This document shows positions 26,145 to 36,674 of a DNA stretch of 64,000 nt, piece after piece (positions within the stretch are counted from its first letter, which is position 1; every line of letters starts with the position of its first letter). The translations under genes and the position numbers were made by a program. The stretch lies in the IMG/VR virus record IMGVR_UViG_3300042888_002665. One strand, 5' to 3'. The notes beneath the pieces were generated by a model that was given only the letters and a program-made list of their open reading frames with translations, had not been told where the DNA came from and searched no databases. The stretch is from a virus.

Positions 26145-26833
26145 ATTTTTTTCCAATTGATTAAAGGTGTTAGCCAAGCTGTCTCACCGTGAGTGGAATA
26201 GCCTGGTATTGGAGTAACTAAGTAATGAGCTGAATTGTATAATGAGACAAACATGTCGAAATCACGGGGATAACTGCCTTGAGTATATTCACGCAATACA
26301 TTTTCCGTCTTACGTAATGTCTTCACTTTAGACGCGAATGTCATCGTTGTTGAATTAGTAACTTTCCAATGTGTAGATGTAGATAACATGACACGAGTCA
26401 TTTCACCTCCACCTTGTACGTATGGATTAGCACCATCAATGTATTTATCTGGATGATCGTATAATGAAACGAAATCGGCTCCAATTTCATTTAGTCCTTC
26501 CTCAATTATTGTCTTAGAGTTAGGTAAATGTAGATAGTCGTTTTCAATAAAGTATACTATTTCATTATCATCAAATGTTAGTGCTTTATCTAATGCTAAA
26601 TTAAATGTACCAGCACCATGTCCAACTGAAACATATTCGATGCTTTCTCTAGGTATATAACTTTGAATTATTACATCTGTTTCTTCAGATACATTATCGG
26701 CTATTACAGTCCAATCTTCAAAAGCAACGTCTTGGAATATATTAACTGCATTCCATAAGCAATTTCTATTATTGATGTACTTCGGTTTTACTTTATTGTA
26801 ACCGGCATCTGATATTCTATATATTATTTTCAT
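26141..26833 (-). CDS. GT-A fold glycosyltransferase-like protein
   Basis: YFIENDYLH (DxD-like), FVSLYDHPD; island context. Confidence 0.65.
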   Translation of the reverse strand: MKIIYRISDAGYNKVKPKYINNRNCLWNAVNIFQDVAFEDWTVIADNVSEETDVIIQSYIPRESIEYVSVGHGAGTFNLALDKALTFDDNEIVYFIENDYLHLPNSKTIIEEGLNEIGADFVSLYDHPDKYIDGANPYVQGGGEMTRVMLSTSTHWKVTNSTTMTFASKVKTLRKTENVLREYTQGSYPRDFDMFVSLYNSAHYLVTPIPGYSTHGETAWLTPLINWKKI

Positions 26834-27902
26834 TATTTAGTAATTTAACTTGATGTAATGCTGAAGCAATAACTTGATGCATGTCATAATATTTGTAATC
26901 TGCTAATCGACCACCGAATATAATTTTATCTTCTTTATCCATTAATGATTTATATTGATTATATCTATCATTATTTACTTCATCATTTACTGGGTAATAC
27001 GGCTCACCTTCAGTAGCTGGGTATTCACGAGTAATAACAGTATGTTTTTGTTTACCAAATTCAAAATGTTTATGTTCAACAATTCTAGTATAGGGCACAC
27101 TAGCTTCAGTATAATTTATAGCAGCATTACCTTGATAATCATTAATATCTAAATATTCACTTTCAAAACGTAATGAACGATATTCTAATTTACCAAACTC
27201 ATAATCATAAAACTTATCAACGGGTCCCGTATAAATAACTTTATTGTGTTCTGGTAGTGTATCTTTAAAATAATCAACACCTAGCTTAACTTTGATACCA
27301 TCCAATAACTTATCAAATATTTGAGTATAACCACCTATTGGGATACCTTGGTATCTGTCATTAAAGTAATTATCATCATATGTTAATCTAATAGGTAATC
27401 GTTTAATAATTGAAGTAGGTAATTGTTTTGGATCACGTCCCCACTGTTTAGTAGTATATCCTTTAATAAATTTTTCATATAATTTAGGTCCAACTTGAGA
27501 TAATATCCATTCCTCTAAATTATCTGGTTTATTATTAGGTATTCTTTCTAATTCTAATATTGACTCAGCTTGTGTAGGTGTTGTTACCCCATATATTTGA
27601 TATAATGTCATTAAGTTAATTGGGAAAGAATAAATATTGCTACCATATTTGACTTTAGGTCTGTAGGTAAAATGATTAAATTCAGCGTATTGATTTATGT
27701 AATCCCACACTTGCTTATTATTAGTGTGAAATATATGAGGACCATAAACATGAACATTAATTCCATCTACATCAGCAGTAAAACAATTACCCCCAATGTG
27801 ATCTCGTTTATCTATTACTAATACCTTTCTACCAGCATTAGTTAATTCTCTAGCACATATAGAGCCAAATAAACCAGCTCCAACAATTAAATAATCATAC
27901 AT
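26817..27902 (-). CDS. glf: UDP-galactopyranose mutase
   Basis: YDYLIVGAGLFG, HIGGNC, HVYGPHIFHT, YTKQWG-like, YFNDRYQGIP, YRSLRFE, YTRIVEHKHF, GRLADYKYYDMHQ. Confidence 0.96.
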   Translation of the reverse strand: MYDYLIVGAGLFGSICARELTNAGRKVLVIDKRDHIGGNCFTADVDGINVHVYGPHIFHTNNKQVWDYINQYAEFNHFTYRPKVKYGSNIYSFPINLMTLYQIYGVTTPTQAESILELERIPNNKPDNLEEWILSQVGPKLYEKFIKGYTTKQWGRDPKQLPTSIIKRLPIRLTYDDNYFNDRYQGIPIGGYTQIFDKLLDGIKVKLGVDYFKDTLPEHNKVIYTGPVDKFYDYEFGKLEYRSLRFESEYLDINDYQGNAAINYTEASVPYTRIVEHKHFEFGKQKHTVITREYPATEGEPYYPVNDEVNNDRYNQYKSLMDKEDKIIFGGRLADYKYYDMHQVIASALHQVKLLNNENNI

Positions 27903-28578
27903 TGATTTCTAAATCTATTACAACATTATTTTTATTACCACTATTCCAGAACAAACTAATTAAATGGTTTCTTCTTTCAAATATATTTTTCCAACTTTTA
28001 TATAACTTAATAAAGTCTTTTTTCTTTTTAATTGTTACAATGGTCATCCCCCATGATTTTGGATAATTACATACTCTAATAAATTCATCTTCATAATTTA
28101 AATAGGAAATATCAAAAAAATCCTTTATACCTTCTTCTACACGAGGCCAAGATTCATTATTAAAAGTATCACACTTACCTTCAGGCCAATTACTATCATG
28201 AAATGCAATAAATCCACCTTCAACAACATGAGGGTACCAATGATATAATTCAGACATAACTTGTTCTTTGATATGAAATGTATCAACAAATAATCCTTGA
28301 ATTGGTGTTTCCCAATATTTTCCAACTGTAGATGAATCACCTAATATTTTAGTATATCGAGGGTTGTTCCCAACTGATGGTTCTAAATACTTCCAATCTA
28401 CATCTACACCAAATACTTTATTAGTTTCATCTGTCATTAATAAGACTGCTGAAGATACTCCTGTACGAACACCTAAATCAACAAATGTTGAATTTGTATA
28501 ATTAGATGCTACTTCTAATAAAGGAACTGCATTAGTACCTATATCAGTGTTAAAAAATTGAGCTATTGCTGGGTTCAT
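27895..28578 (-). CDS. class I SAM-dependent methyltransferase (Methyltransf_24-like)
   Basis: VDLGVRTGVS, LFVDTFH, GGFIAFHD. Confidence 0.8.
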   Translation of the reverse strand: MNPAIAQFFNTDIGTNAVPLLEVASNYTNSTFVDLGVRTGVSSAVLLMTDETNKVFGVDVDWKYLEPSVGNNPRYTKILGDSSTVGKYWETPIQGLFVDTFHIKEQVMSELYHWYPHVVEGGFIAFHDSNWPEGKCDTFNNESWPRVEEGIKDFFDISYLNYEDEFIRVCNYPKSWGMTIVTIKKKKDFIKLYKSWKNIFERRNHLISLFWNSGNKNNVVIDLEINV

Positions 28579-28579
28579 C

Positions 28580-29560
28580 TTAATAATATGTGTTTTGGAT
28601 TTGATTCATAAATACTTCTACTTCATTTCCAATCATTTTACGATATAAGTTAAAATTATTAAAATGCCAATCAAAATTTGTAAATATATCTTCAATTAAT
28701 TCTTTAACTCCATCAGTACTATCAAACTTATATTTTGAATCTATTGTCACATCTTGAAAGAATCGAGCACTGCCATTAAATGATGTTATTAAAGCACAAC
28801 CACAAGTTGCTGCTTCGCGTGGGAATTTATCTTTGCCTGGATGATTGCCAAAATCAATATATAATTTACTTTTAAGCATTAGTTCACGTAATTGATCCCT
28901 ATTCATATCAATCAATGGAATAAATTTAATATCCGGGTTTTCATCCATTAATTGTTTAGTTATTTCAATACCTTTTTTAGGATTATACAACACAACATTA
29001 TCTCTATTTTCATGAGTTATATCTGTAATGTAATCTCTATTAATATAATCAAATAATGGATAAACATATTGAGCGCCATTATTAAGTAAGAACCAATATG
29101 CGTATTGTGATTGATAGAAATGATGTACGTTTAGGTATTCGGGTTGTGTTAGTTTTAAGTGAAAGTCTTTCTGATCACTACCTAATCCATTATCTACTGA
29201 TAACCACCATATTGATTTCTGTATATTAGTAAATTGATCTAATACATCTGGCCATATTTCAGGGATAATAATTAAATTTTCAGGTGAATCAATAATCTCA
29301 CTTGTAATATCGTCTTTAGTAATATATTTGTTATATGCTAGTGGGATATTGATTTTTGATTTATGATAATCTGATTGTACTATCTCATACCAATTACTAT
29401 TATGTTGGGGATGTACTGCTGGGTGGATTAATACCATTTTAGTATTAAATCCTAATTCTTTATAAGCTGCGGCCAAACTATAAGAGCATTCAATCCCTCC
29501 AGTTTCAATATCAGACGGCCCAAAAATATAAACTATAGAATCTTTAGTTAATTTAATCAT
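28580..29560 (-). CDS. GT-B fold glycosyltransferase-like protein
   Basis: GGIE, IPEIWP, WWLSVDN, YNPKKG, YIDFGNHPGKDKFPREAA. Confidence 0.7.
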   Translation of the reverse strand: MIKLTKDSIVYIFGPSDIETGGIECSYSLAAAYKELGFNTKMVLIHPAVHPQHNSNWYEIVQSDYHKSKINIPLAYNKYITKDDITSEIIDSPENLIIIPEIWPDVLDQFTNIQKSIWWLSVDNGLGSDQKDFHLKLTQPEYLNVHHFYQSQYAYWFLLNNGAQYVYPLFDYINRDYITDITHENRDNVVLYNPKKGIEITKQLMDENPDIKFIPLIDMNRDQLRELMLKSKLYIDFGNHPGKDKFPREAATCGCALITSFNGSARFFQDVTIDSKYKFDSTDGVKELIEDIFTNFDWHFNNFNLYRKMIGNEVEVFMNQIQNTYY

Positions 29561-29562
29561 AT

Positions 29563-30360
29563 TTAAATGTACATTATATTAAATTGTGGAAAGTGAAGAT
29601 GACATATATTCTCCATCATTAAATTTTTGTGACTTGGATCGTGAAGTGTTAATTTTTGGATTGTTTCCAATAATTTAATGTATGTTGATTCTTGAAGTAA
29701 GTGCTCTTTTTTTAAATTATTACGTTCAACGCATTTTTTTAAAAATGTTTCACAACTCCATCCTTCAATATATTCCCATATTCTTCCATTATATTCGGAA
29801 AGAGATTGAACATGATTGTATGTTTCATCTATATAATGAGCATCATTTAAATAATCAGTTTTAGATACATTAATAATGTAAAAATTTGTTTGTGGCATGA
29901 AATCTTCTTTTATAATTCGATCAAAATCAAAATCATAATTTACCATACCTCCATATCCGATTCCATTTAAATAATAAAAATCAGCTTCACTAATTTCCTT
30001 ATCTAATAATTCTGAATGAATAACCATATCATTAGCTGATTTGAATAACCATTCAATGTTGTTTTCTTTACAATAATTAAATATAGCATTATCTAAATCA
30101 GCAGTTCCAAAATTATGTCCCCTATTATTAGTTGAATTTAGTAAAATGCAATTTGGAAAATGATGTCTGCACATTTTAGAATAATCTTCTACAAACTCAT
30201 CACTATCAAAGTTAGTTGCTATTATAACATGTGCTGCTTGATTAATTACATCCCTACTATAAGCAAAAAACTTATCTGAATTGATTAAGTCATCATATTT
30301 GCCTATATAACCTATAGTACCGTATGCTGCTTTACTAAAAAGTTGATTTAAATTCATCAA
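29563..30360 (-). CDS. putative glycosyltransferase (GT-A-like)
   Basis: Island context; NRGHNFG, KSAND; weak motifs only. Confidence 0.45.
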   Translation of the reverse strand: MMNLNQLFSKAAYGTIGYIGKYDDLINSDKFFAYSRDVINQAAHVIIATNFDSDEFVEDYSKMCRHHFPNCILLNSTNNRGHNFGTADLDNAIFNYCKENNIEWLFKSANDMVIHSELLDKEISEADFYYLNGIGYGGMVNYDFDFDRIIKEDFMPQTNFYIINVSKTDYLNDAHYIDETYNHVQSLSEYNGRIWEYIEGWSCETFLKKCVERNNLKKEHLLQESTYIKLLETIQKLTLHDPSHKNLMMENICHLHFPQFNIMYI

Positions 30361-30997
30361 ATGTAATTAGATTTAATAGTTCTTTTCGATTATCATTAAA
30401 ATACTCCCAATCGGTAATTTGTGGATTTATATCTTCTACAAATTGGTTCTGGAAGTAATGTACATATTGAATAACTCCTACTCCAAAATCTGTATCAACA
30501 ACACATGATTTAATATTTGGATAATGAGCTTTAAAATCAACAAATGATTTCCAAACATCTCCATTCCATGCGATTGTTTCTCGTGGAATTAATTGAGCTT
30601 CATAACTTGTTGGGTTGCAATCATGCATTAATATAAATCCCCCATCTACTACATGTTTTAATGCATTTTTGATGTCTTTTTCTACTTGATCAGCATGATG
30701 CAAACCATCGATGAATATAATATCGTATTTAATATCATGTCCATCAATTAATTTAAAAAATTCATCTGATGTTACTGGGTAATTTGTTTCTGGTGCTTTA
30801 AATCCTTCAGCTGCTGGATCGACTCCATCTTTATGAGTTGCTTTAACTTCTCTGATATTTTCTCCTTTAAATACTCCAATTTCTAAATAATTAACTAAAC
30901 TGTATTGTTCAATTAAATAATTAATTATATCATGACGTTTAACTTCACTATTTAAATATCTAATTACTTCTGGATGGTCTAAATTATTTGTGTACAT
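30335..30997 (-). CDS. class I SAM-dependent methyltransferase (Methyltransf_24-like)
   Basis: YLEIGV, DGVDP, SDEFF, YDIIFIDGLH, GGFILMHD. Confidence 0.85.
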   Translation of the reverse strand: MYTNNLDHPEVIRYLNSEVKRHDIINYLIEQYSLVNYLEIGVFKGENIREVKATHKDGVDPAAEGFKAPETNYPVTSDEFFKLIDGHDIKYDIIFIDGLHHADQVEKDIKNALKHVVDGGFILMHDCNPTSYEAQLIPRETIAWNGDVWKSFVDFKAHYPNIKSCVVDTDFGVGVIQYVHYFQNQFVEDINPQITDWEYFNDNRKELLNLITFDEFKSTF

Positions 30998-31629
30998 TAT
31001 AATGTGTCGTAATATGCGTTTTGTTTTTCTTGACGTTTAATATCTTTATGATGCCATAAAAATAATTCAGCAGGAATATATGAAAGAGTTTTATGTCCTT
31101 CAAGTACTTCATGTACTTTATTTTTCCACTTAATAGATCCATCATTTTTGAATATACGATGTTGCCAATCTGGGAAGTTGATTAATTCCTTATTATCAAT
31201 TTTTTGAACTTTCCATCCCCATTTATCGATATGCTCTTGAGTTAGCCCATCAACTGTATTACGTCGCGCAATATAAAATGATTCAGCTAATCCACGATTA
31301 GATTCAAATATAGCTGGTAAATATGCCCAAAATTCTTTAGATGGTAACTCATCAGCATCAATTTGAACAATGTAATCGCCCGTACAATATTCTAGGAATT
31401 GGTTCTTCCAATCAGCAAAATGACCATTAAAATCTAATTTACGCCACGTTTGTACATTTGGTAATTTATTGAATGAAAGTAAGTACTCCAATACTTCAGG
31501 AGTACCATTTTTTTCATCATACAAGATAACGATTTCATCTTGTACTTGTTTATTTTCTAATAAATTGGGGAGAAGTTGTTTTATCTCCTCCAATTCATTA
31601 CATACTGTTACTGCAAAACTAAACTTCAT
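30997..31629 (-). CDS. glycosyltransferase family 2
   Basis: FAVTVCNE, QIDADE (DxD), FPDWQHRIF, VHE. Confidence 0.85.
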   Translation of the reverse strand: MKFSFAVTVCNELEEIKQLLPNLLENKQVQDEIVILYDEKNGTPEVLEYLLSFNKLPNVQTWRKLDFNGHFADWKNQFLEYCTGDYIVQIDADELPSKEFWAYLPAIFESNRGLAESFYIARRNTVDGLTQEHIDKWGWKVQKIDNKELINFPDWQHRIFKNDGSIKWKNKVHEVLEGHKTLSYIPAELFLWHHKDIKRQEKQNAYYDTL

Positions 31630-32065
31630 CGTCGTTTTTAATTAATGTTGAATAAGCATATAAAGCGGCTGGAAACATTATATTAGGATATACAACTGAA
31701 TTTTCCATATCTAATTTATGAGTTTGTCCTACTAATGCTTTATCATTTTCTCCAATCAAAACATATTTAGCTACTCTCCACCCCCAATTATCAGCATTCT
31801 TTCCATCTGGAAATAACATAGCTTGATTTTGTTCGTTTAATACTGTTGGATACCATACAAATCCATCATCATCAATTAATTTTAAATCTTTAAACAATTC
31901 AGGTTGGGATTCATAAATTGACTTTTCCAAATCAGTCCTATCGACCATACCTTCATTAGTTTGGTATCCACAACTTTGACAAATACGAGTATTAACTCCC
32001 TGCATTTTAAGTGCTACTACTGATTTATCAGTTCCACAAATAGGGCAATCAAACATTTCTTCCAT
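31619..32065 (-). CDS. zinc-ribbon protein
   Basis: CPIC...CQSC. Confidence 0.65.
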   Translation of the reverse strand: MEEMFDCPICGTDKSVVALKMQGVNTRICQSCGYQTNEGMVDRTDLEKSIYESQPELFKDLKLIDDDGFVWYPTVLNEQNQAMLFPDGKNADNWGWRVAKYVLIGENDKALVGQTHKLDMENSVVYPNIMFPAALYAYSTLIKNDDEV

Positions 32066-33369
32066 TATTTACTGAGTTTAGGTAATTCTAGTTTATTTAG
32101 TTTAGGTAATGTAAGTGGGATAAATTTAGGTACTGGTTGTGTTTTTTCATCTAGAATTTGACTTAATCGCTCAGTCATTTTATCTAATGAAAATTTAGTT
32201 TTAGATATGTTTGCTTGTTTTTTAGCTAATGGAAGATATTTTTTATAATTTTCAAATACTTCTTTTAAAGCATATCCTGCTTGTCCATCATTTGGAGCAA
32301 ACCATTGCGATTCAGCAATTAACATATTAGGTACTACTGCAGATGCGTGTATATTTTTTAATTCACCACCAACTAAAATCGCAGCCTCTTTATCTAAGAA
32401 ATCAATATGACCTGACCATCCAGAAGCAATTACTGGTTTTTCTACAACTGAAAATTCTAATAATGGACGACCGAATCCTTCACCTTTAGTAAACGATACC
32501 ATTGCTTTTACTTTAGAGTGATTGTATAAATCATTAATATCCTCATCCTCTAAATCACCATGTAGTAAATAAATGTTAGGTACACGACCTTTTACTGTTT
32601 TACGAACCGCTTCAATTTTTTCTAACATTGAGTTACGATCCATAATTGAAGTTGTAGCTGAATTAGTTTTCATAATTAAAGCAGGAGCATTAGTTTTACC
32701 TTTAAATACCTCTAAAAATGCTTTAATCATATACCCAACATTCTTTCTATCCTCACCGAAATCACCCTGTAGCCAATGCCCTACAAACAAAAATGCAAAA
32801 TCTTCTTTAATTTTAGATATTTGTTGTACTAGATCCGTTTGTGATGGAGATGTTTTAAAATATTTATTTAAATCTACACCTTCAAATAATACTTCAACAG
32901 GTGACATTAATTTAATAATAGCTGTTGTTTTATTTGTTATTTTATCCTTCTGCTCGAATTGGCTATTCTCAAATACTGTTTTAGCATGTTGGGATGATAC
33001 TAAATTTAAATCCATTCTATTACATCCTTCAAGCCAAGACGGATCACATATTGTAGTTTCAATACCTGCTGTTACGCCTATATTTAAATGTTTACCTACC
33101 TTCTGGAATTCATTAGGTACTGTAATCTGAAACCAAGCATCAGGTTGTGTGGTCATTTGAGGAATGATACGATCTAATAGATCTTTTTCATTTTCAATTT
33201 CCTCATTTAAGAAACCAAATGGAGTAGATCCCCAACGTTGAGATAATAATTTAATATCCCATTCATCACCTTTGGCTTTAATTAACGATTTGATAAAATC
33301 TCTTGAGCGTGCACCGTAGCCACTAAATGTGTCTACGGGTGAGCTTACTATACATAACGGCTTATTCAT
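32065..33369 (-). CDS. glycosyltransferase family 4-like
   Basis: SGYG, FLFVGHW, LYNHSK...KGEGFGRPLLE, PVIASGWSG. Confidence 0.85.
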   Translation of the reverse strand: MNKPLCIVSSPVDTFSGYGARSRDFIKSLIKAKGDEWDIKLLSQRWGSTPFGFLNEEIENEKDLLDRIIPQMTTQPDAWFQITVPNEFQKVGKHLNIGVTAGIETTICDPSWLEGCNRMDLNLVSSQHAKTVFENSQFEQKDKITNKTTAIIKLMSPVEVLFEGVDLNKYFKTSPSQTDLVQQISKIKEDFAFLFVGHWLQGDFGEDRKNVGYMIKAFLEVFKGKTNAPALIMKTNSATTSIMDRNSMLEKIEAVRKTVKGRVPNIYLLHGDLEDEDINDLYNHSKVKAMVSFTKGEGFGRPLLEFSVVEKPVIASGWSGHIDFLDKEAAILVGGELKNIHASAVVPNMLIAESQWFAPNDGQAGYALKEVFENYKKYLPLAKKQANISKTKFSLDKMTERLSQILDEKTQPVPKFIPLTLPKLNKLELPKLSK

Positions 33370-34804
33370 GTTCTGCTACTGGGTATTTTAAATAATTTGG
33401 TTTATAATCTTCAATTTTAATTAGATCAAATAATGAGCGTGGTGTCCATGTATTGAATGTTTCATCAATACCATCAATAACATTAACACACATGTTAGCG
33501 GCTGTCATCATTGCTTCGTCTGATGTTACCCACTCACGAGCTAATTCACCTAATTTATTATATTCATTAGCATCTTCCATTTTTAAAGCGTATGCTGATG
33601 CTAATTGATTAGCTACATCTCTAAAGTCACATCTATCATCAAAAATATATGGTGTTGGAGGAGATCCGATTAATGAAACATTGCTTGGAAATACTGGGAA
33701 TGCCCATTTACCGTGTTTTTTATATTTACCTAAATGATTCGATCCAAATGATTCAGTAAATTTAATCCAATTACCATCTGCATCCTCAAAACGCATTTGA
33801 TCTTGCATACCTCCAGTTACATTTGCTAAAATCGGAGTACCCGCCATCATTGACTCGGTAAGCGATAATCCCCAACCCTCATTCGAGGATATCAATGCTG
33901 TAATGTCGGCTAGATTATAATAACTATTTAATTGAGATTGAGTAATTTTTTGATTTGAAATGAATATGTTTTTCTGATTATTTCCCATTAACATTTCAAT
34001 TACCTTAGGTAAATCAGTACCATTATCATCAATAGCGTCTGTATGCATAATTAAAGCACATTTATCAGCTTGTTGTTTTGGTAATGTATCTAAAAATGTT
34101 TTAAATGCTAAAATCAAATCAGATGTTGATTTACGTCTTAAATTACGAGCATTATGGAAAGTAATAAAATCAAATTGATTATCTCCTAATACTTGTTGTT
34201 TAAATGATTTAAAATCTTCTGTTGTTTTATCTAATGGATAAAAATACTTTGCATTAATTCCATGAGGAACATACTTAATCAATTTATCCTTAGCTACATC
34301 ACCTAATACTACATGATTGATATTTTCTGTTTGTTTTGAAATAGCAAACAGTGCATCGCATGATTCATAGTATGGTTTGTTATACAATGGATAAGGTAAA
34401 TCATCCCAAATATTTAAATAAATGATAGGTACTTGCTGACGTAATTCACGCTCATGCTGAAATAACCAAATCCAATAACGTGGATCAGTAAATAACATAA
34501 TTGCGTCTGGTTTTTCAATTTGAAGGATTTGTCTTACAAATTCGATACTACCATATCCATCTGTAGGATAAATCATAACTGATGCATCTTCAATACCAGC
34601 ATTTTTATTAGTATCTGAAGATAAATCTAATCGAGTACCTTTTTCTGGGTGGTTAATAGCACCACCAACATTAATCCAATTAAAATGATGTGCAGTACCA
34701 ACAACGATTTCTCTAGCCATAGTTGCTATACCAGAGGTAAATCTAATGTCGTCGCACATTAATAGAATTTTTTTCCTTTGATCTTTAGGAATGTAATTTT
34801 GCAT
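33362..34804 (-). CDS. glycosyltransferase family 4
   Basis: SGIA, YVPHGIN, NARNLRRK, YYNLAD...SSNEGWGLSLTESMMAGTP. Confidence 0.88.
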   Translation of the reverse strand: MQNYIPKDQRKKILLMCDDIRFTSGIATMAREIVVGTAHHFNWINVGGAINHPEKGTRLDLSSDTNKNAGIEDASVMIYPTDGYGSIEFVRQILQIEKPDAIMLFTDPRYWIWLFQHERELRQQVPIIYLNIWDDLPYPLYNKPYYESCDALFAISKQTENINHVVLGDVAKDKLIKYVPHGINAKYFYPLDKTTEDFKSFKQQVLGDNQFDFITFHNARNLRRKSTSDLILAFKTFLDTLPKQQADKCALIMHTDAIDDNGTDLPKVIEMLMGNNQKNIFISNQKITQSQLNSYYNLADITALISSNEGWGLSLTESMMAGTPILANVTGGMQDQMRFEDADGNWIKFTESFGSNHLGKYKKHGKWAFPVFPSNVSLIGSPPTPYIFDDRCDFRDVANQLASAYALKMEDANEYNKLGELAREWVTSDEAMMTAANMCVNVIDGIDETFNTWTPRSLFDLIKIEDYKPNYLKYPVAEHE

Positions 34805-34821
34805 AACTGATTATTTTGTGT

Positions 34822-35022
34822 TTATAGACTTCCTGACATTACTAATGCATTGTGGTCATGTATTTGTTTTTTGAATTCATCATTCGTTAAATACAAGTGC
34901 ATAGCTCTGTTCATTAATTTCTGTAGATTGAATTTATCTTTTATAGAGGCCATTTTAAATCCCTCAAATAAGTCTCCGTGTACTTTTACACTTGTCAAGA
35001 CTAATTGTTCATTTTTTCCCAT
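34822..35022 (-). CDS. small DNA-binding protein, ribbon-helix-helix-like
   Basis: LTSVKV strand followed by two short helices; ATATTTAT promoter core near 35047. Confidence 0.5.
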   Translation of the reverse strand: MGKNEQLVLTSVKVHGDLFEGFKMASIKDKFNLQKLMNRAMHLYLTNDEFKKQIHDHNALVMSGSL

Positions 35023-35063
35023 TTTTGTATATTATTATATTTGTATATAAATATATAACAGAA

Positions 35064-36017
35064 TTAAAAAGATGAATCTTTATTACATAGTTCTTTATTG
35101 TCTTTGAATGGGCACCACTGACATGATTCCTTAGACACGTTCTTGACTAGCTCTGCTGATTTATAAGTGCCATCAGCGTTGAATACTGTATTGATAAATT
35201 CTGTAATGTGTGATACCGCTTTAGTGCGTTTGCCTTTACCTGATGCGGGTTCAACGATTTGAATGCGTTTTTGAGGAAAATCAAGATTTTCATATAATTT
35301 ACGTTTAACGATGAAGAATTCTACATCTATTTGTTCTGGGTCGATATTATACTGTTTAGCGAAGTATTCCTTATATAGAATAATCTGCTGCATTTTTAGT
35401 TCATCTTTCTTTTCCTTATCCTTCCACCCCAACTTAGATGTTTTAATATCGAATATCTTAATTTTATTTGCATTTTCGTTATATAATACGAAGTCAATAT
35501 ATCCTTTTAAATAAACGTTAGGATGGTTATCATCAATTGGTTGCACTAATGGCATTTCGATTCCAACTAGATCCCATTTTCTAGTACTGAAGTACTCGCC
35601 TTTATTCTTTTTAAAGTAGTCAATAATAGCTAATCCATCTTCATAATACTCACGCATTTCTGATGCTGAGGAGAAATGTATACCTTTATTTTCTTTAAGT
35701 GTTTTCTTATACTCGTCTGAGAATGTCTGTTGAAAGAATGACTCAATATCTAAACGATCTGCTTCAGCACCGCTTGTATCGAACATAACCTGAATATAAT
35801 GTTGCATCGCAACGTGAACTGATGTTCCGAACACTGCAGCCATTGATGGCTGATAGATACGATACCCTTCTCTATATTCTAAACCCCAACGAAATGGACA
35901 TTTAGCATAGATAGAGAATTGAGAATACGATATTGTTTTATCATTTTGATAATTTATTTCTCTTACCGCTTTGTTTTTTATTTCCTTTAGAAGGGCGGGT
36001 ATCGGTGTTTTGGCCAT
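35064..36017 (-). CDS. PD-(D/E)XK nuclease (RecB/Cas4-like)
   Basis: SYSQ...KCP, FGTSVH, GYIDFV, FDIKTS, QIILY, terminal CQWCPF. Confidence 0.88.
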   Translation of the reverse strand: MAKTPIPALLKEIKNKAVREINYQNDKTISYSQFSIYAKCPFRWGLEYREGYRIYQPSMAAVFGTSVHVAMQHYIQVMFDTSGAEADRLDIESFFQQTFSDEYKKTLKENKGIHFSSASEMREYYEDGLAIIDYFKKNKGEYFSTRKWDLVGIEMPLVQPIDDNHPNVYLKGYIDFVLYNENANKIKIFDIKTSKLGWKDKEKKDELKMQQIILYKEYFAKQYNIDPEQIDVEFFIVKRKLYENLDFPQKRIQIVEPASGKGKRTKAVSHITEFINTVFNADGTYKSAELVKNVSKESCQWCPFKDNKELCNKDSSF

Positions 36018-36390
36018 AACTGTTTAATATGTCTTGAAATTGATCGTTGCTTAATAAAGCAAGATAATCGTTTGCTTCTCTTTGAGATACTTGTAATAAT
36101 GAAGATAATTTAGAAACTTTATCCTTATCTATCTTTTCGGAAGCGGCTTTAGTGTATTTAAAATACTTTTTAGCTTTTGGTAATAATGATAAATAAATAT
36201 TATATACTTGTTCTGGTGTTAAGTTAGGTATAGCTTGTACTTCATTAGCAAATACACAATATTCCGAACTCATAGATAGGTACCTATGTAGCATGTAAAC
36301 ATTAATGCTTTTAATTTCAGCATCAGTTAATTTGCTATAAGGTACCTTATCGTATGATAAGTAAGATAATATCTTAAAGAATTCATTCAT
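35941..36390 (-). CDS. clamp loader small subunit (T4 gp62-like)
   Basis: YMLHRYLSM...LLPKAKKYFKY; adjacent to the large subunit. Confidence 0.7.
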   Translation of the reverse strand: MNEFFKILSYLSYDKVPYSKLTDAEIKSINVYMLHRYLSMSSEYCVFANEVQAIPNLTPEQVYNIYLSLLPKAKKYFKYTKAASEKIDKDKVSKLSSLLQVSQREANDYLALLSNDQFQDILNSYGQNTDTRPSKGNKKQSGKRNKLSK

Positions 36391-36674
36391 TACTCAGGAC
36401 GTGGAAAACGTGAACGTTTTGGAGCATCGCTTACATCTTCAACTGATGGAGCACCTGCTGTAGGTTGTGTTTTAGGCATGAATTGTACGTTTACGTGACC
36501 ACATTTATCACAAGCAAACACAGGAATAGGCATCATACCATCTTGAGCTGTTCCGGTGATAAAGCGGGAAATACTGCGTAATACTACTGCTTCATGAAAT
36601 GTAGCGTTACCACACTCGTCACATATTATCTCGGTGGTATCTTCGAGACTAATGTTCATTTTTACTGGATCCAT
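36390..36674 (-). CDS. zinc-ribbon protein
   Basis: CDECG...CDKCGH; start moved to MDPVK (ATAATG overlap with upstream stop). Confidence 0.6.
   Translation of the reverse strand: MDPVKMNISLEDTTEIICDECGNATFHEAVVLRSISRFITGTAQDGMMPIPVFACDKCGHVNVQFMPKTQPTAGAPSVEDVSDAPKRSRFPRPE

Noticed and set aside
35064-36017. CRISPR-associated Cas4 system
   Set aside because: A solo PD-(D/E)XK nuclease in the replication module with no cas1/cas2 or array; typical phage recombination exonuclease context.
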